From: an uncultured cyanobacterium
GTDB taxonomy: Bacteria > Cyanobacteriota > Cyanobacteriia > Pseudanabaenales > Pseudanabaenaceae
DNA: 64,000 nucleotides
Direction of reading: 5' to 3'
Assembly (NCBI GenBank): GCA_963703315.1
Contig: OY969811.1
Coordinates: 800,001 to 864,000, forward strand
This document shows, piece by piece, positions 51,689-60,893 of the stretch (within the stretch, counting starts at the first letter, position 1; each line of letters opens with the position of its first letter). The notes under the pieces are model-generated. The model saw nothing but the letters and a program-made list of their open reading frames with translations. It searched no databases and had not been told where the DNA came from. The position numbers were made by a program, and so were the translations under genes.

Positions 51689-51808
51689 ATTTATCATTTT
51701 CTGTAAGTCTCAAAATTAGGTAATATAGCCAAATAGATTTGAGGATATAAGGATAAAACCTTAATCATATCCATTCAAAATAGTAGATACGTCTGGAGAG
51801 GAGATCCC

Positions 51809-52540
51809 TTGCGTCAGTTTAGTGTGCTTAGTCTGCCCGTACATATTCATGAAAGTTACCGTGATTGGTTAGCTCAGCGATTGCAAAACCATCAAGGTAC
51901 TCATGTGGTCACCATTAATGCGGAAATGACAATGCAGGCTCGCCAAAATCCTGAGTTGGCAAATGTGATTCAGCAAGCTGAGCTAGTTGTGCCAGATGGT
52001 TCGGGGATAGTACTGTATCTGCGATCGCAAGGTCAAAAAATTAATCGATGTCCGGGAATTGAGCTATCTGAGCAGATTGTGCAGATTGCGGCTGAAAAAC
52101 AATGGCGGATCTTTTTGATTGGTGGTGCGCCTAATGTGGTCGATACTGTAGCAGCAAAGTGGCGGCAACAATGGTCAGATATTGCGATCGCAGGAATGCA
52201 TCACGGTTATTTTGATGATGTTATTGAGCAGCAAATCTGCGAACAGTTGCATAGTTCCCAACCCGATCTGATCCTTGTGGGATTGGGAGTGCCACGTCAA
52301 GAGCTATGGATTCAGAAATATCGTCATCTTTGTCCAAATGCCGTGTGGATTGGTGTTGGCGGGAGTTTCGATATTTGGTCTGGACTCAAAACTCGCGCCC
52401 CTGAATGGTTTAGCAATAACAATCTCGAATGGCTATATCGCCTCTATCAAGAGCCTTGGCGTTGGAAGAGAATGCTGTCTTTACCGCATTTTGTCTGGTG
52501 TGTCGCCACAGAGTCTTTATTCAAATCTAGAAAAGCTTAG
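51809..52540 (+). CDS. WecB/TagA/CpsF family glycosyltransferase
   Basis: VVTINAE, PDGSG, GLGVPRQE, GVGGSFD, LEWLYRL. Confidence 0.93.
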   Translation: MRQFSVLSLPVHIHESYRDWLAQRLQNHQGTHVVTINAEMTMQARQNPELANVIQQAELVVPDGSGIVLYLRSQGQKINRCPGIELSEQIVQIAAEKQWRIFLIGGAPNVVDTVAAKWRQQWSDIAIAGMHHGYFDDVIEQQICEQLHSSQPDLILVGLGVPRQELWIQKYRHLCPNAVWIGVGGSFDIWSGLKTRAPEWFSNNNLEWLYRLYQEPWRWKRMLSLPHFVWCVATESLFKSRKA

Positions 52541-52554
52541 AACCGTGATTTGCC

Positions 52555-52989
52555 ATGAAATATCATCACACTTCCATTAAGACTGCGGATATTTTTCAGG
52601 CGATCGCCTTTTATGAAGCATTAGGTTTTGAGATAACAGAACGCTTCACGGCGGGAATCACTCTTGCTTGCTGGATGCATGGTGCGGGGACTAATCTAGA
52701 ACTGATGCAAGTCCCTGAACCTAAAAATATTCCTAATCCCTTTAGTGATGAGCATTATGTCGGCTATTATCACCTGTCATTTCATGTAGAAAATCTAGAA
52801 TCCTTTTTGCAAAACTTGGTGAATAAATTAGGTAAGGTCAAGCTGATATTACCGCCGCGAGAACAGACTATTGGCGATCGCACTTACCAAGTTGCTTTTA
52901 TTGCCGATCCTGATGGACTACCAATTGAGCTAATGGCAAAGCTTGCTGACAGTAATCTCCAATCAAACGAACCACAAGAATATTTGTAA
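52555..52989 (+). CDS. VOC/glyoxalase family protein
   Basis: HHTSI, LELM, HLSF, FIADPDGLPIEL. Confidence 0.9.
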   Translation: MKYHHTSIKTADIFQAIAFYEALGFEITERFTAGITLACWMHGAGTNLELMQVPEPKNIPNPFSDEHYVGYYHLSFHVENLESFLQNLVNKLGKVKLILPPREQTIGDRTYQVAFIADPDGLPIELMAKLADSNLQSNEPQEYL

Positions 52990-53010
52990 GAGTGTGGCTC
53001 CGCCGCACTC

Positions 53011-53610
53011 TTACAAATTTACTCGCAAAGCATCGTTAATCAATTGACGAATACTGTCAAAACCACGTTTGAGGCGATCGGGCTGATTGTTATAGAGTCT
53101 AGTAATTAACAGAACTCCCTCTAGCATTGTTAAAATCTGCTCAGCTAGTAAATCTGGATCAATGCGATCGCGTAATTGTCCTTTTCCTTCACGCAACATT
53201 TTGGTAAACAAGTCATGCCATTCGTCAAATATTTGCTGAAGATGCTTGCGAAAAGTCTCGTTATATTCTGCTAAATCAACAATTAAATTGCCAAGTAAAC
53301 ATCCTGCACAATTAATTTCAGCAAGATGTTTTGACTCTATTTTATCAATAGTTAATAAGAGTCTCTGAATTGGATCATCAGTCATCTGAGCAGCAGACAA
53401 GAAAGCACTTTCTTTGATTTTGTGCCATTGGAAGTCGATTAATGCATGGGCAAATTCATCTTTTGATTGAAAATAGTTGTAAAAACTACCCGATGAGGCT
53501 TGAGTAGCTGCGAATAATTCTTTCAAGCCTGTTGACTGCAAACCCTGACGATGTACAAGGTCGAGCGCTGAGGTGAGGATATCTTCACGGGTACGTTTGA
53601 GATTTGCCAT
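53011..53610 (-). CDS. TetR/AcrR family transcriptional regulator
   Basis: TREDIL..G...T...GSFYNYFQSKDE HTH; GCLLGNL. Confidence 0.93.
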   Translation of the reverse strand: MANLKRTREDILTSALDLVHRQGLQSTGLKELFAATQASSGSFYNYFQSKDEFAHALIDFQWHKIKESAFLSAAQMTDDPIQRLLLTIDKIESKHLAEINCAGCLLGNLIVDLAEYNETFRKHLQQIFDEWHDLFTKMLREGKGQLRDRIDPDLLAEQILTMLEGVLLITRLYNNQPDRLKRGFDSIRQLINDALRVNL

Positions 53611-53662
53611 ACACTAACTAATTTGAATACTAAGCTCAGAGATTAACACCAATTCTACAAAA

Positions 53663-53841
53663 TATAGCTTTCCCAGAAGGCGAGTGGCGGCGTAAAGCGC
53701 CGCCACTCGCCTTCTGGGTTTTGACTGGTGATAAGTAGCTAGGCATAAGTAAACTTAAAATTTAGAAGCTTGTACCGCCCGCTACGGGGGCGGTACAAGC
53801 TCTGGTTTTGGGTTTTAACTATGCTGAGCTACTTAGCTATA
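53663..53841. mobile_element. Nested element: family B (53732-53835) within a family A-type TATAGC...GCTATA shell
   Basis: tatagc at 53663, hairpin to 53723, taagtagct...agctactta, then gctata ending 53841. Confidence 0.65.
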
Positions 53842-53844
53842 AAT

Positions 53845-55503
53845 CTAACTCTTTGGCTTGCGTGACGATTTTGGATTTGGGCTATCAACTTTAGGTTTAT
53901 TAAAACCACTACCTGCTTTAGGTGAAGTCTTAGTCTTCTTTGCTTTGGAATTTAAGGATGCTGCTACTTTTGGTTCAGAGTTAGGCTGTGTTTCGACGAT
54001 AGGCTCAGAAATATTCTCGACTACTGGTTCTACTGAGTCTACAGAATTGATTTCGACAATAGGTTCAGGAAGAACTGTGACTAGTGGTTCTACAGGAGTT
54101 TCTAAGACAGGTTCAGGAACTGCTGCTGTCAAATTGCTCACTTCTATTACAGGCTCGGTTTGAAGGCTTGTAACTGTTTCAGTCGAAGTCTCAATAACCT
54201 GTTCAGGGATAACTTCTGGAACTGGCTCAGAAATGTTAGGAGTAACAGTTTCTGAAATGGTTTCTGAATTGTGGACAGTTTCAATCTTAGTTTTGCTTGA
54301 TGTGCGACTTTTACCTGATGCTTTAGGAGTAGAGGCTTTTGGGGATTCACTTTGAGATTTTTTTGCTTTGGCAACTGACACTTCAGGTTCAACTGCTGGA
54401 ACAGGTACAACTTCAGCGATCGCTTCTACAACCTTACTTTGAGATTTTTTTGCTTTGGCAATTGGTGCTTCAGGTTCAACTACTGGAACAGAGACAACTT
54501 CAGCGATCGCTTCTACAACCTTACTTTGAGATTTTTTTGCTTTGGCAATTGGTGCTTCAGGTTCAACTACTGGAACAGAGACAACTTCGGTGATTGCTTC
54601 TACAACCTTTTCTACAGGTTGTTCATTTTTCGGCTTATTAAAACCACTACTGGATTTAGCCGAGGTTTTAGTCTTTTTAGCTTTGGCTGTTGGAACTACG
54701 GTTGTTTTTTGCTCAGTATCAGGTTTTGCGTTGATAATAGGCTCAGCCATAATTTCAACTACTGACTCAACAGTTGAGTCAACAATAGGTTCCACAAGCT
54801 CTGGCTCAGGATGTTTAATACTTTGTTCGGGAGATGTTTCTAAAACAATTGGGGAAATTTCTGTAATTTCTTCAACTTGATCAAGTTGATCAAAATCAGC
54901 GATCGCCCCCTCAACAGTTGAGTCAACAATAGGTTCCACAAGCTCTGGCTCAAGATGTTTAATACCTGGTTCGAGATTTGGTTCGGGATTTGGTTCGGGA
55001 GATGCTTCTGAAACAATTGGGGGAATTTCTGTAACTTCTTCAACTGGATCAACTTGATCAAAATCAGCGATCGCCCCCTCAACAGTTGAGTCAACAATAG
55101 GTTCCACAAGCTCTGGCTCAAGATGTTTAATACTTGTTTCGAGATTGGGTTCGGGATTTGGTTTGGGAGATGCTTCTGAAGCAATGGGGGGAATTTCTGT
55201 AACTTCTTCAAGTTGATCAAAATCAGCGATCGCCCCTATTGATGTGCTTAAGATATTGGTGGGAACTTCTTGATGATGGATTTGAGGAGCTTGCATATCA
55301 AAATCAGCTACCGTTGTGACCTTAACGATCTTGCCCCCAAAACGGTGAATTCTTTGAATAGTCTGCGATAAGCGATCGCGGGGAACTGTCAGCGTATATG
55401 ACCCTTTTCGCCTCACTCCTGTCTGTATTCCCCCTACCACCTCAATAATTATGTGGTTATGGTTGCTGGTATTGACTACAGCATTAATGTTTAAGTTTGT
55501 CAT
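53845..55503 (-). CDS. CpcD/allophycocyanin-linker-domain protein with long repetitive E/P/V/K-rich tail
   Basis: IEVVGG...YTLTVPRDRLSQTIQRIHRFGGKIVKV; ATG at 55503 preferred over 55548. Confidence 0.8.
   Translation of the reverse strand: MTNLNINAVVNTSNHNHIIIEVVGGIQTGVRRKGSYTLTVPRDRLSQTIQRIHRFGGKIVKVTTVADFDMQAPQIHHQEVPTNILSTSIGAIADFDQLEEVTEIPPIASEASPKPNPEPNLETSIKHLEPELVEPIVDSTVEGAIADFDQVDPVEEVTEIPPIVSEASPEPNPEPNLEPGIKHLEPELVEPIVDSTVEGAIADFDQLDQVEEITEISPIVLETSPEQSIKHPEPELVEPIVDSTVESVVEIMAEPIINAKPDTEQKTTVVPTAKAKKTKTSAKSSSGFNKPKNEQPVEKVVEAITEVVSVPVVEPEAPIAKAKKSQSKVVEAIAEVVSVPVVEPEAPIAKAKKSQSKVVEAIAEVVPVPAVEPEVSVAKAKKSQSESPKASTPKASGKSRTSSKTKIETVHNSETISETVTPNISEPVPEVIPEQVIETSTETVTSLQTEPVIEVSNLTAAVPEPVLETPVEPLVTVLPEPIVEINSVDSVEPVVENISEPIVETQPNSEPKVAASLNSKAKKTKTSPKAGSGFNKPKVDSPNPKSSRKPKS
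54349..55236 (-). repeat. Intragenic tandem repeats: 87-bp unit x3 and 144/168-bp units
   Basis: actttgagattt at 54349/54436/54523; tcaacagttgagtcaacaatagg at 54767/54911/55079. Confidence 0.9.
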
Positions 55504-55688
55504 ATTAAAGTTCGTCCTAGTGATCATATTTCTACGACCACACATCAAGATATTTTTATAAGTAATTTAGTATTATTACAATTAATGCTGGGGCTTCTTA
55601 TTGTTGCAGACAACTCGAAGTCTCCAATATTAGTATTAATTTATATGTAATTGCTAAGTAAAAGTATCTTTTAAAACAAATTTTTATA

Positions 55689-55772
55689 TATAGCGTTTCA
55701 TAGCCTAGATTATTTCCCCGCCTTCGGCGGGGAAATAATCCTCTGTACCTCGCTTGCTTGAAAAGCGCTTTA
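55689..55772. mobile_element. MITE-like family D copy (TATAGCG end, TTTCCCCGCC-TTC-GGCGGGGAAA hairpin)
   Basis: Related to 60761-60849 and the fragment 4008-4035. Confidence 0.6.
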
Positions 55773-55783
55773 TAGCGCTAGAT

Positions 55784-57001
55784 TTAATTCTTGATCACTT
55801 GCCATTGGATGACGGGGCGCATTGGCTTCCAGCTTAGAAATGAACCGATCGCTTCAGCACGGCTAATCGAGATTTGCGTAAGCGTGCCGCCATATTTTTG
55901 TTGCCATTGGAATAATTTCTGCTCGCCCTCAAGGGTAACGACATTTGCTATTAAGCGCCCCTGCGATCGCAAATTTTCCCAGCAAGTCTCAAATAAATCA
56001 GGGACAGTCGCACCGCCACCAATAAAAATCGCGTCAGGCGTGGGTAAACCTTGCAGAATTTCAGGAGCTTTGCCTTCGATAATTTTGAGATTAGGAGTAC
56101 CCAGAGCGATCGCATTTTCAGCAATAAAATGGGTACGGGACTTTTCGATAGCGATCGCTTGGCAACGGGGATGACTTCGCATCCATTCGATGCTAATAGA
56201 ACCACAACCCGCCCCAACATCCCAGAGTAATTCACCCGCATTAGGTGCAAGCGTAGATAAGGTAACTGCTCTAACTTCGCGCTTAGTTAATTGTCCATCA
56301 TGGTGAAAAGCATCATCGGGAAGTCCTACCATCCGCGATAGAATTCTAGTTTCAGGATTAGGAATACATTCCACCGCGATCGCATTGAGATCGGCAAATT
56401 CGGGAAGATTCTGATATTGGTTAGCTAAAATGGAAATAATGCGTTCTTTAGTTCCGTTGAGATGTTCTAAGACCGTAATTTTGCTATTACTGAAATGGCG
56501 ATCGCATAACATCTTTGCCACAGTTTGAGGAGTTTCCTTTCCTGAGCTAAGGATTAAAAGTTTCGCGTTGGGATAAATATAAGTTTGCAAAAGCGAAGCT
56601 GGACGACCACATAAGCTCAAAGTTTCTACTTCATTTAGCGACCAACCTAATCGCGCACTAATCAAGCTAAAAGTAGAAAGTGAAGGAATAATTGCAATTT
56701 CTTCAATGGGAATTCTTTTTAACAAAGTTGTGCCAATTCCAAACCAAAGAGGATCACCACTAGCTAAGACACATACAGATTTACCGCGTAAATTAATAAT
56801 TTGCTGAATAGTTGACTCTATAGGCGATGCCCAAACAATGCGCGATCGCTGATCATCCTGCATCTCAGGCAACATCGCTAAATGGCGATCGCCACCTACT
56901 AATATTTCGGCAGTATCAATTAGCGATCGGGCGGCTGAGCCTAGTCCTGATACACCATCTTCACCAATACCAATTACTGTAAGCCATTTTTTATAAGTCA
57001 T
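55784..57001 (-). CDS. cbiET: Bifunctional precorrin-6Y methyltransferase/decarboxylase CbiE/CbiT (CobL)
   Basis: VIGIGEDG, LASGDP, TKREVR, WDVGAGCGS, PDAIFIGG. Confidence 0.95.
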   Translation of the reverse strand: MTYKKWLTVIGIGEDGVSGLGSAARSLIDTAEILVGGDRHLAMLPEMQDDQRSRIVWASPIESTIQQIINLRGKSVCVLASGDPLWFGIGTTLLKRIPIEEIAIIPSLSTFSLISARLGWSLNEVETLSLCGRPASLLQTYIYPNAKLLILSSGKETPQTVAKMLCDRHFSNSKITVLEHLNGTKERIISILANQYQNLPEFADLNAIAVECIPNPETRILSRMVGLPDDAFHHDGQLTKREVRAVTLSTLAPNAGELLWDVGAGCGSISIEWMRSHPRCQAIAIEKSRTHFIAENAIALGTPNLKIIEGKAPEILQGLPTPDAIFIGGGATVPDLFETCWENLRSQGRLIANVVTLEGEQKLFQWQQKYGGTLTQISISRAEAIGSFLSWKPMRPVIQWQVIKN

Positions 57002-57006
57002 GGGAA

Positions 57007-57819
57007 TTACATTTCATCAGGATTAATTCCCATCGATCTAAGCTTCTCAACAAGACGTTGAGCCTTTTGTTCAGCTTGAAATCGAGCTTCCTCAGCCTGT
57101 TGTTTGGCAAGTCTTTCTTGATTAGCAATTAGCCTTTCTTGATTGGCGATTAGCCTTTCTTGATTAGCGATCACCTCAGCATTAGCCACTTTTTCGTTAG
57201 CGGTCAGATAGCGATTTCCTGAAGCATTATACCAATAGAGCCATTCTCGATACCAAGCGATATGCTCTCCCTTTTCATAGCCAAGCGCTAATCCAATTTC
57301 TGGCAACCAAACTTGATGATTCTCCATTGGCAAAAGCTCGTATTTACCTGCAATTAGTCGATAAACTTCCAATCGCTGTCTATGCTTAAACCGACCTCGG
57401 CGACCGCTAAAAGGGTTGTAAATTGCATAATATAAAATGCCTAATGCTTGATAATCGGCTAACTTGTCTTCATATTCGCTGTTATACCTTTCAGAGACAA
57501 CTTCTAGAGACAGAATCGGCATAATATTATCTTCAGCCCACAGCACGTAACTCAAGCGTCCTCGTTCGCCTGTATCATGCTTGACTCCGATCGCTAAAAA
57601 GCCATCAGGGACGATCGCTGGTTCGTCTGGATTGTAATAAACCGCCATATCCACACCGAAGTACCAATCATCACGATTTGCCCAAATATCAGCTAACAAA
57701 CTCAGCAGGAGATTGGGAATGTCGTTCTGTAATTGGTTATCCACTGGTGTTTCGTCTGAGGATGGCAATTCTTCGGCGGTGGGAAGAATGCGGTTTTTGC
57801 TGTAGGTGAGGTTGACCAT
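57007..57819 (-). CDS. Uma2 family endonuclease with ANQERLI heptad tail
   Basis: LPSSDETPVD, IVPDGF, LEVVS, YQALGILYY, EWLYWY. Confidence 0.9.
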   Translation of the reverse strand: MVNLTYSKNRILPTAEELPSSDETPVDNQLQNDIPNLLLSLLADIWANRDDWYFGVDMAVYYNPDEPAIVPDGFLAIGVKHDTGERGRLSYVLWAEDNIMPILSLEVVSERYNSEYEDKLADYQALGILYYAIYNPFSGRRGRFKHRQRLEVYRLIAGKYELLPMENHQVWLPEIGLALGYEKGEHIAWYREWLYWYNASGNRYLTANEKVANAEVIANQERLIANQERLIANQERLAKQQAEEARFQAEQKAQRLVEKLRSMGINPDEM

Positions 57820-58019
57820 AGCTTATTCAAGCGAGGTGTTGAATGTTCATGATTATAGCAAACCTGATTATCGTGGCATTAGATAGGATTGATGGTGGGA
57901 AGAACTAGGCGATCGCTTTTTGGATTTTTAGTTGGGGGCATAACTCTTTTTTGTGGTGCGGCTTTGCTGCACCACAAAAAATCGCTTCTTTATTAGATCG
58001 CAGTCAGATAACAGAACTC

Positions 58020-58133
58020 TATATCAAAGCAAGAGTTGGTTAGTACAAACTGCAAACCCAGAAGAGAGTTGCGGCGCTCCGCGCCGCAACTCTCTTCTGG
58101 GTTTGAGTCCTAAGCAAAACTTTTTTTGCTATA
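58020..58133. mobile_element. MITE/REP-like family A copy (reverse orientation)
   Basis: ttagtacaaa...cccagaagagagttgcggcgc|gcgccgcaactctcttctggg...cctaagcaaaac...gctata. Confidence 0.75.
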
Positions 58134-58187
58134 AGTTGAAGCCAAAAGTACTATATGAATTCAAGTGATTAGAGTAGTATTGTTTGA

Positions 58188-58240
58188 TAAGTAGCTAGGT
58201 ATAAATAAACTTCTAGGTTTAGGCTATGCTGAGCTACTTA
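58188..58240. mobile_element. Family B copy lacking the central hairpin
   Basis: taagtagctaggtata...tatgctgagctactta. Confidence 0.7.
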
Positions 58241-58274
58241 ATAACGAATCCTACACCTAAAAATAATATTAAAT

Positions 58275-58814
58275 ATGCTTAAACACTTTGCTGGTCGTTT
58301 GTTACTCGCTGTATCTATTACATTGGCAGTAGCTTCATGTCAGCAGCCTAGTGCTACAACATCTCCCTCGCCGTCAGTTGCAGCTTCAGCCTCTCCTACC
58401 AAAGCAGCCAGTCCTTCTGAATCCCCCAAAGCTTCAGCTTCTCCTACAGCCTCTGAATCTCCTAAAGCAGACGCATCCCCTAAAGCAGATACTTCAACCA
58501 AATCAGATACTGCTCCTTCTTCAGATAAAACTAAAGACATTGATGCCATGATCAAGTCCAATGGTGAGTACAAAGAAATGTATGAAGCCACTAATGGTAT
58601 CAAGTATATTGGTTTAGTTGAGACTGAAACTTGTAAAGCTCTAGATTCGGGAGTTCCTTTCCAGACCCTCATTGATGCCCTCGAAAAGGAATTTGACAAG
58701 CAAGGTGGTTCTATGCCTGCGGACAAACTTACTAAGTTGAAAGAATATACAGGTTTTGTCGTTGGTGCTAGTGTCGTAATCTCTTGTCCTCAACACAAAG
58801 ATAAGATTAAATAA
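58275..58814 (+). CDS. Hypothetical lipoprotein
   Basis: Lipobox VASC, S/P/A/T-rich linker. Confidence 0.75.
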   Translation: MLKHFAGRLLLAVSITLAVASCQQPSATTSPSPSVAASASPTKAASPSESPKASASPTASESPKADASPKADTSTKSDTAPSSDKTKDIDAMIKSNGEYKEMYEATNGIKYIGLVETETCKALDSGVPFQTLIDALEKEFDKQGGSMPADKLTKLKEYTGFVVGASVVISCPQHKDKIK

Positions 58815-58923
58815 TCATCTCAGCAAAGCACCAAAAGAAAGACAGCACAAAGTGCTGTCTTTCTTTTGGTGTGAGAATGCGCTCCTTCTGAGCGCACTCT
58901 CACAAACTATCTAGGATTAGTAT

Positions 58924-59958
58924 ATGAAATCTGGTTATACTCTGCCTGTATTTGCGATCGCTGCTGCTAAAGCCGCAATACTTGCGATACTCAAAAAAGA
59001 ATCATCTTCTATAGAACTAAATTTATTAGAATCTGGTTTGGGGATCATAGAAATTTCCCAAAGCGCGATTATTGATGAGAATACTGCCCTTGCGATCGCC
59101 ATTAGTGATCCAGGAGATAATCTTGACCTAACTTCTGGAACCCCTGTCTGGGCATGGGTAAAATTGGAACCTTTAGGCACAGAATCTATAATTTTAGAGG
59201 CAGGGGAAGGACTAGGGAGAAATGCTAATGGTGAACCAGCTATCTATCAATTAGCGCGAGATTTAGCAGAGGTAAATCTTATCCTATTACTACCAAAAGA
59301 TATGACAGCGAGAATTAGATTTATTCTGCCCGAAGGTAGAGCATTGGCTAAACGCACTTCTAATGCTGCTTTCGGGATTTTAGAAGGTCTGTCATTACTA
59401 GGTACTTCGGCAATATCAAAACCTCTCTCCGTAGAAGATAAACTCGAAGAATTTCGTGCAGACTTACAGGCTAAAGCCGCAAATTCTCATGAGCTTGCTT
59501 TTTATATCGGTGCAAATGGTTATCAGGTCGCTCAAAATCTGGGATTCCAACCTGCTCAATTAGTCCAGACTGCTAATTGGGTTGGCGCAATGTTAGTAGA
59601 AGCAGCACTCTTAGGAGTAACTGACCTTACTCTAGTCGGCTATCATGGCAAGTTGTTAAAGCTAGCAGGTGGAATTTTTAATACTTCTAGTCACTTAGCT
59701 GATGCCCGAATTGATATTTTAGTTAGAGCGGCAGTGCATGAGAAGTTACCATCTGCCCTAATTCAAGAAATAGAAAGTCTACCCACTGCCGAAGCTGTCC
59801 ATAAATTATTGGTGCAGCATAACTGCGATCGCCAGATTTTCCAATATCTCACCGATCAAATTACGCAACGCGCTACAGCCTATATTCAGAAATATACTGA
59901 TCGCCAGATTGAGATTAAAACAATTTTGTGCGATCGCTTAGGGCAGTTAGTTGTTTAA
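58924..59958 (+). CDS. cbiD: Cobalt-precorrin-5B C1-methyltransferase
   Basis: SGYTLPV, SDPGDNLDLT, RTSNAAFGILEGLSLLGT, GYHGKLLKLAGG. Confidence 0.95.
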   Translation: MKSGYTLPVFAIAAAKAAILAILKKESSSIELNLLESGLGIIEISQSAIIDENTALAIAISDPGDNLDLTSGTPVWAWVKLEPLGTESIILEAGEGLGRNANGEPAIYQLARDLAEVNLILLLPKDMTARIRFILPEGRALAKRTSNAAFGILEGLSLLGTSAISKPLSVEDKLEEFRADLQAKAANSHELAFYIGANGYQVAQNLGFQPAQLVQTANWVGAMLVEAALLGVTDLTLVGYHGKLLKLAGGIFNTSSHLADARIDILVRAAVHEKLPSALIQEIESLPTAEAVHKLLVQHNCDRQIFQYLTDQITQRATAYIQKYTDRQIEIKTILCDRLGQLVV

Positions 59959-60004
59959 GATTAAAGACAGAGCAAAGTGCTGTTTTTAATCTTAGAGTTT
60001 TGTA

Positions 60005-60763
60005 ATGCAACCAGTTTATATCGTCGGTGCGGGACCTGGAGATCCAGATCTAATCACAGTTAAGGGACGAAATCTGCTTACCAAAGCCGATGTGATCGTT
60101 TATGCTAATTCCCTGATCCCTGACGCAATGCTGCAATGCTGTCGCACCGATGCGGAGATTATTCCGACAGCAAGCAAATCCCTAGAAGAGATTTTGGAAA
60201 TAATGATCGACAGAGTGCGATCGCAAAAATTGGTAGTCCGTTTACACGATGGCGATCCTAGTCTATATGGTGCAATTCAAGAACAAATGGTTGCTCTCAG
60301 TGAAGCTGAAATTCCCTTTGAGATAATCCCAGGGGTGAGTGCTTTCCAATTAGCTGCTGCTCGTTTACAGGTAGAACTAACGGTTCCTGAGCTAGTCCAA
60401 ACGATTATTCTTACGCGCATTAGTGGGCGCACTCAAGTTCCAGAACGCGAAGAACTATCCAGTCTTGCATCTCACCAAGCCTCTCTGTGTCTCTATCTTA
60501 GCGCTCATCATGTCGAGAATGCTCAAGCTAAACTAATGGAACATTATCCATCTGATACGACAGTAGCAATTTGTTATCGCTTAGGTTGGGAAGATGAGAA
60601 GATTTTGACAGTTCCTCTTACAGACATGGCATCTACCACAATCAAAGAGAACTTAACCAGAACTACACTATTTGTGATTAGCCCTGCTTTAAACCATGTG
60701 AATAAGGATGAAAAAGGGCGATCGCAGTTATATAGTTCTCACTACAAGCGACTTTTTCGGTAG
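60005..60763 (+). CDS. cbiF: Precorrin-4 C11-methyltransferase
   Basis: VGAGPGDPDLITVKG, RLHDGDPSLYGA, ELTVPELVQT, SQLY. Confidence 0.95.
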   Translation: MQPVYIVGAGPGDPDLITVKGRNLLTKADVIVYANSLIPDAMLQCCRTDAEIIPTASKSLEEILEIMIDRVRSQKLVVRLHDGDPSLYGAIQEQMVALSEAEIPFEIIPGVSAFQLAAARLQVELTVPELVQTIILTRISGRTQVPEREELSSLASHQASLCLYLSAHHVENAQAKLMEHYPSDTTVAICYRLGWEDEKILTVPLTDMASTTIKENLTRTTLFVISPALNHVNKDEKGRSQLYSSHYKRLFR

Positions 60764-60893
60764 CCTTAAGCAAGGAATTCTATGGTTTGTTTCCCCATCC
60801 GAAGGCGCGGAAACAAACCGCTACTTCACTAGACTGGGAAACGCTATATAATCCTATAGAATTCATAAATTGCTAGTTTTTTGTAACTCTTAT

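Noticed and set aside
57953..58168. 71-aa ORF
   Set aside because: Made almost entirely of palindromic repeat sequence.
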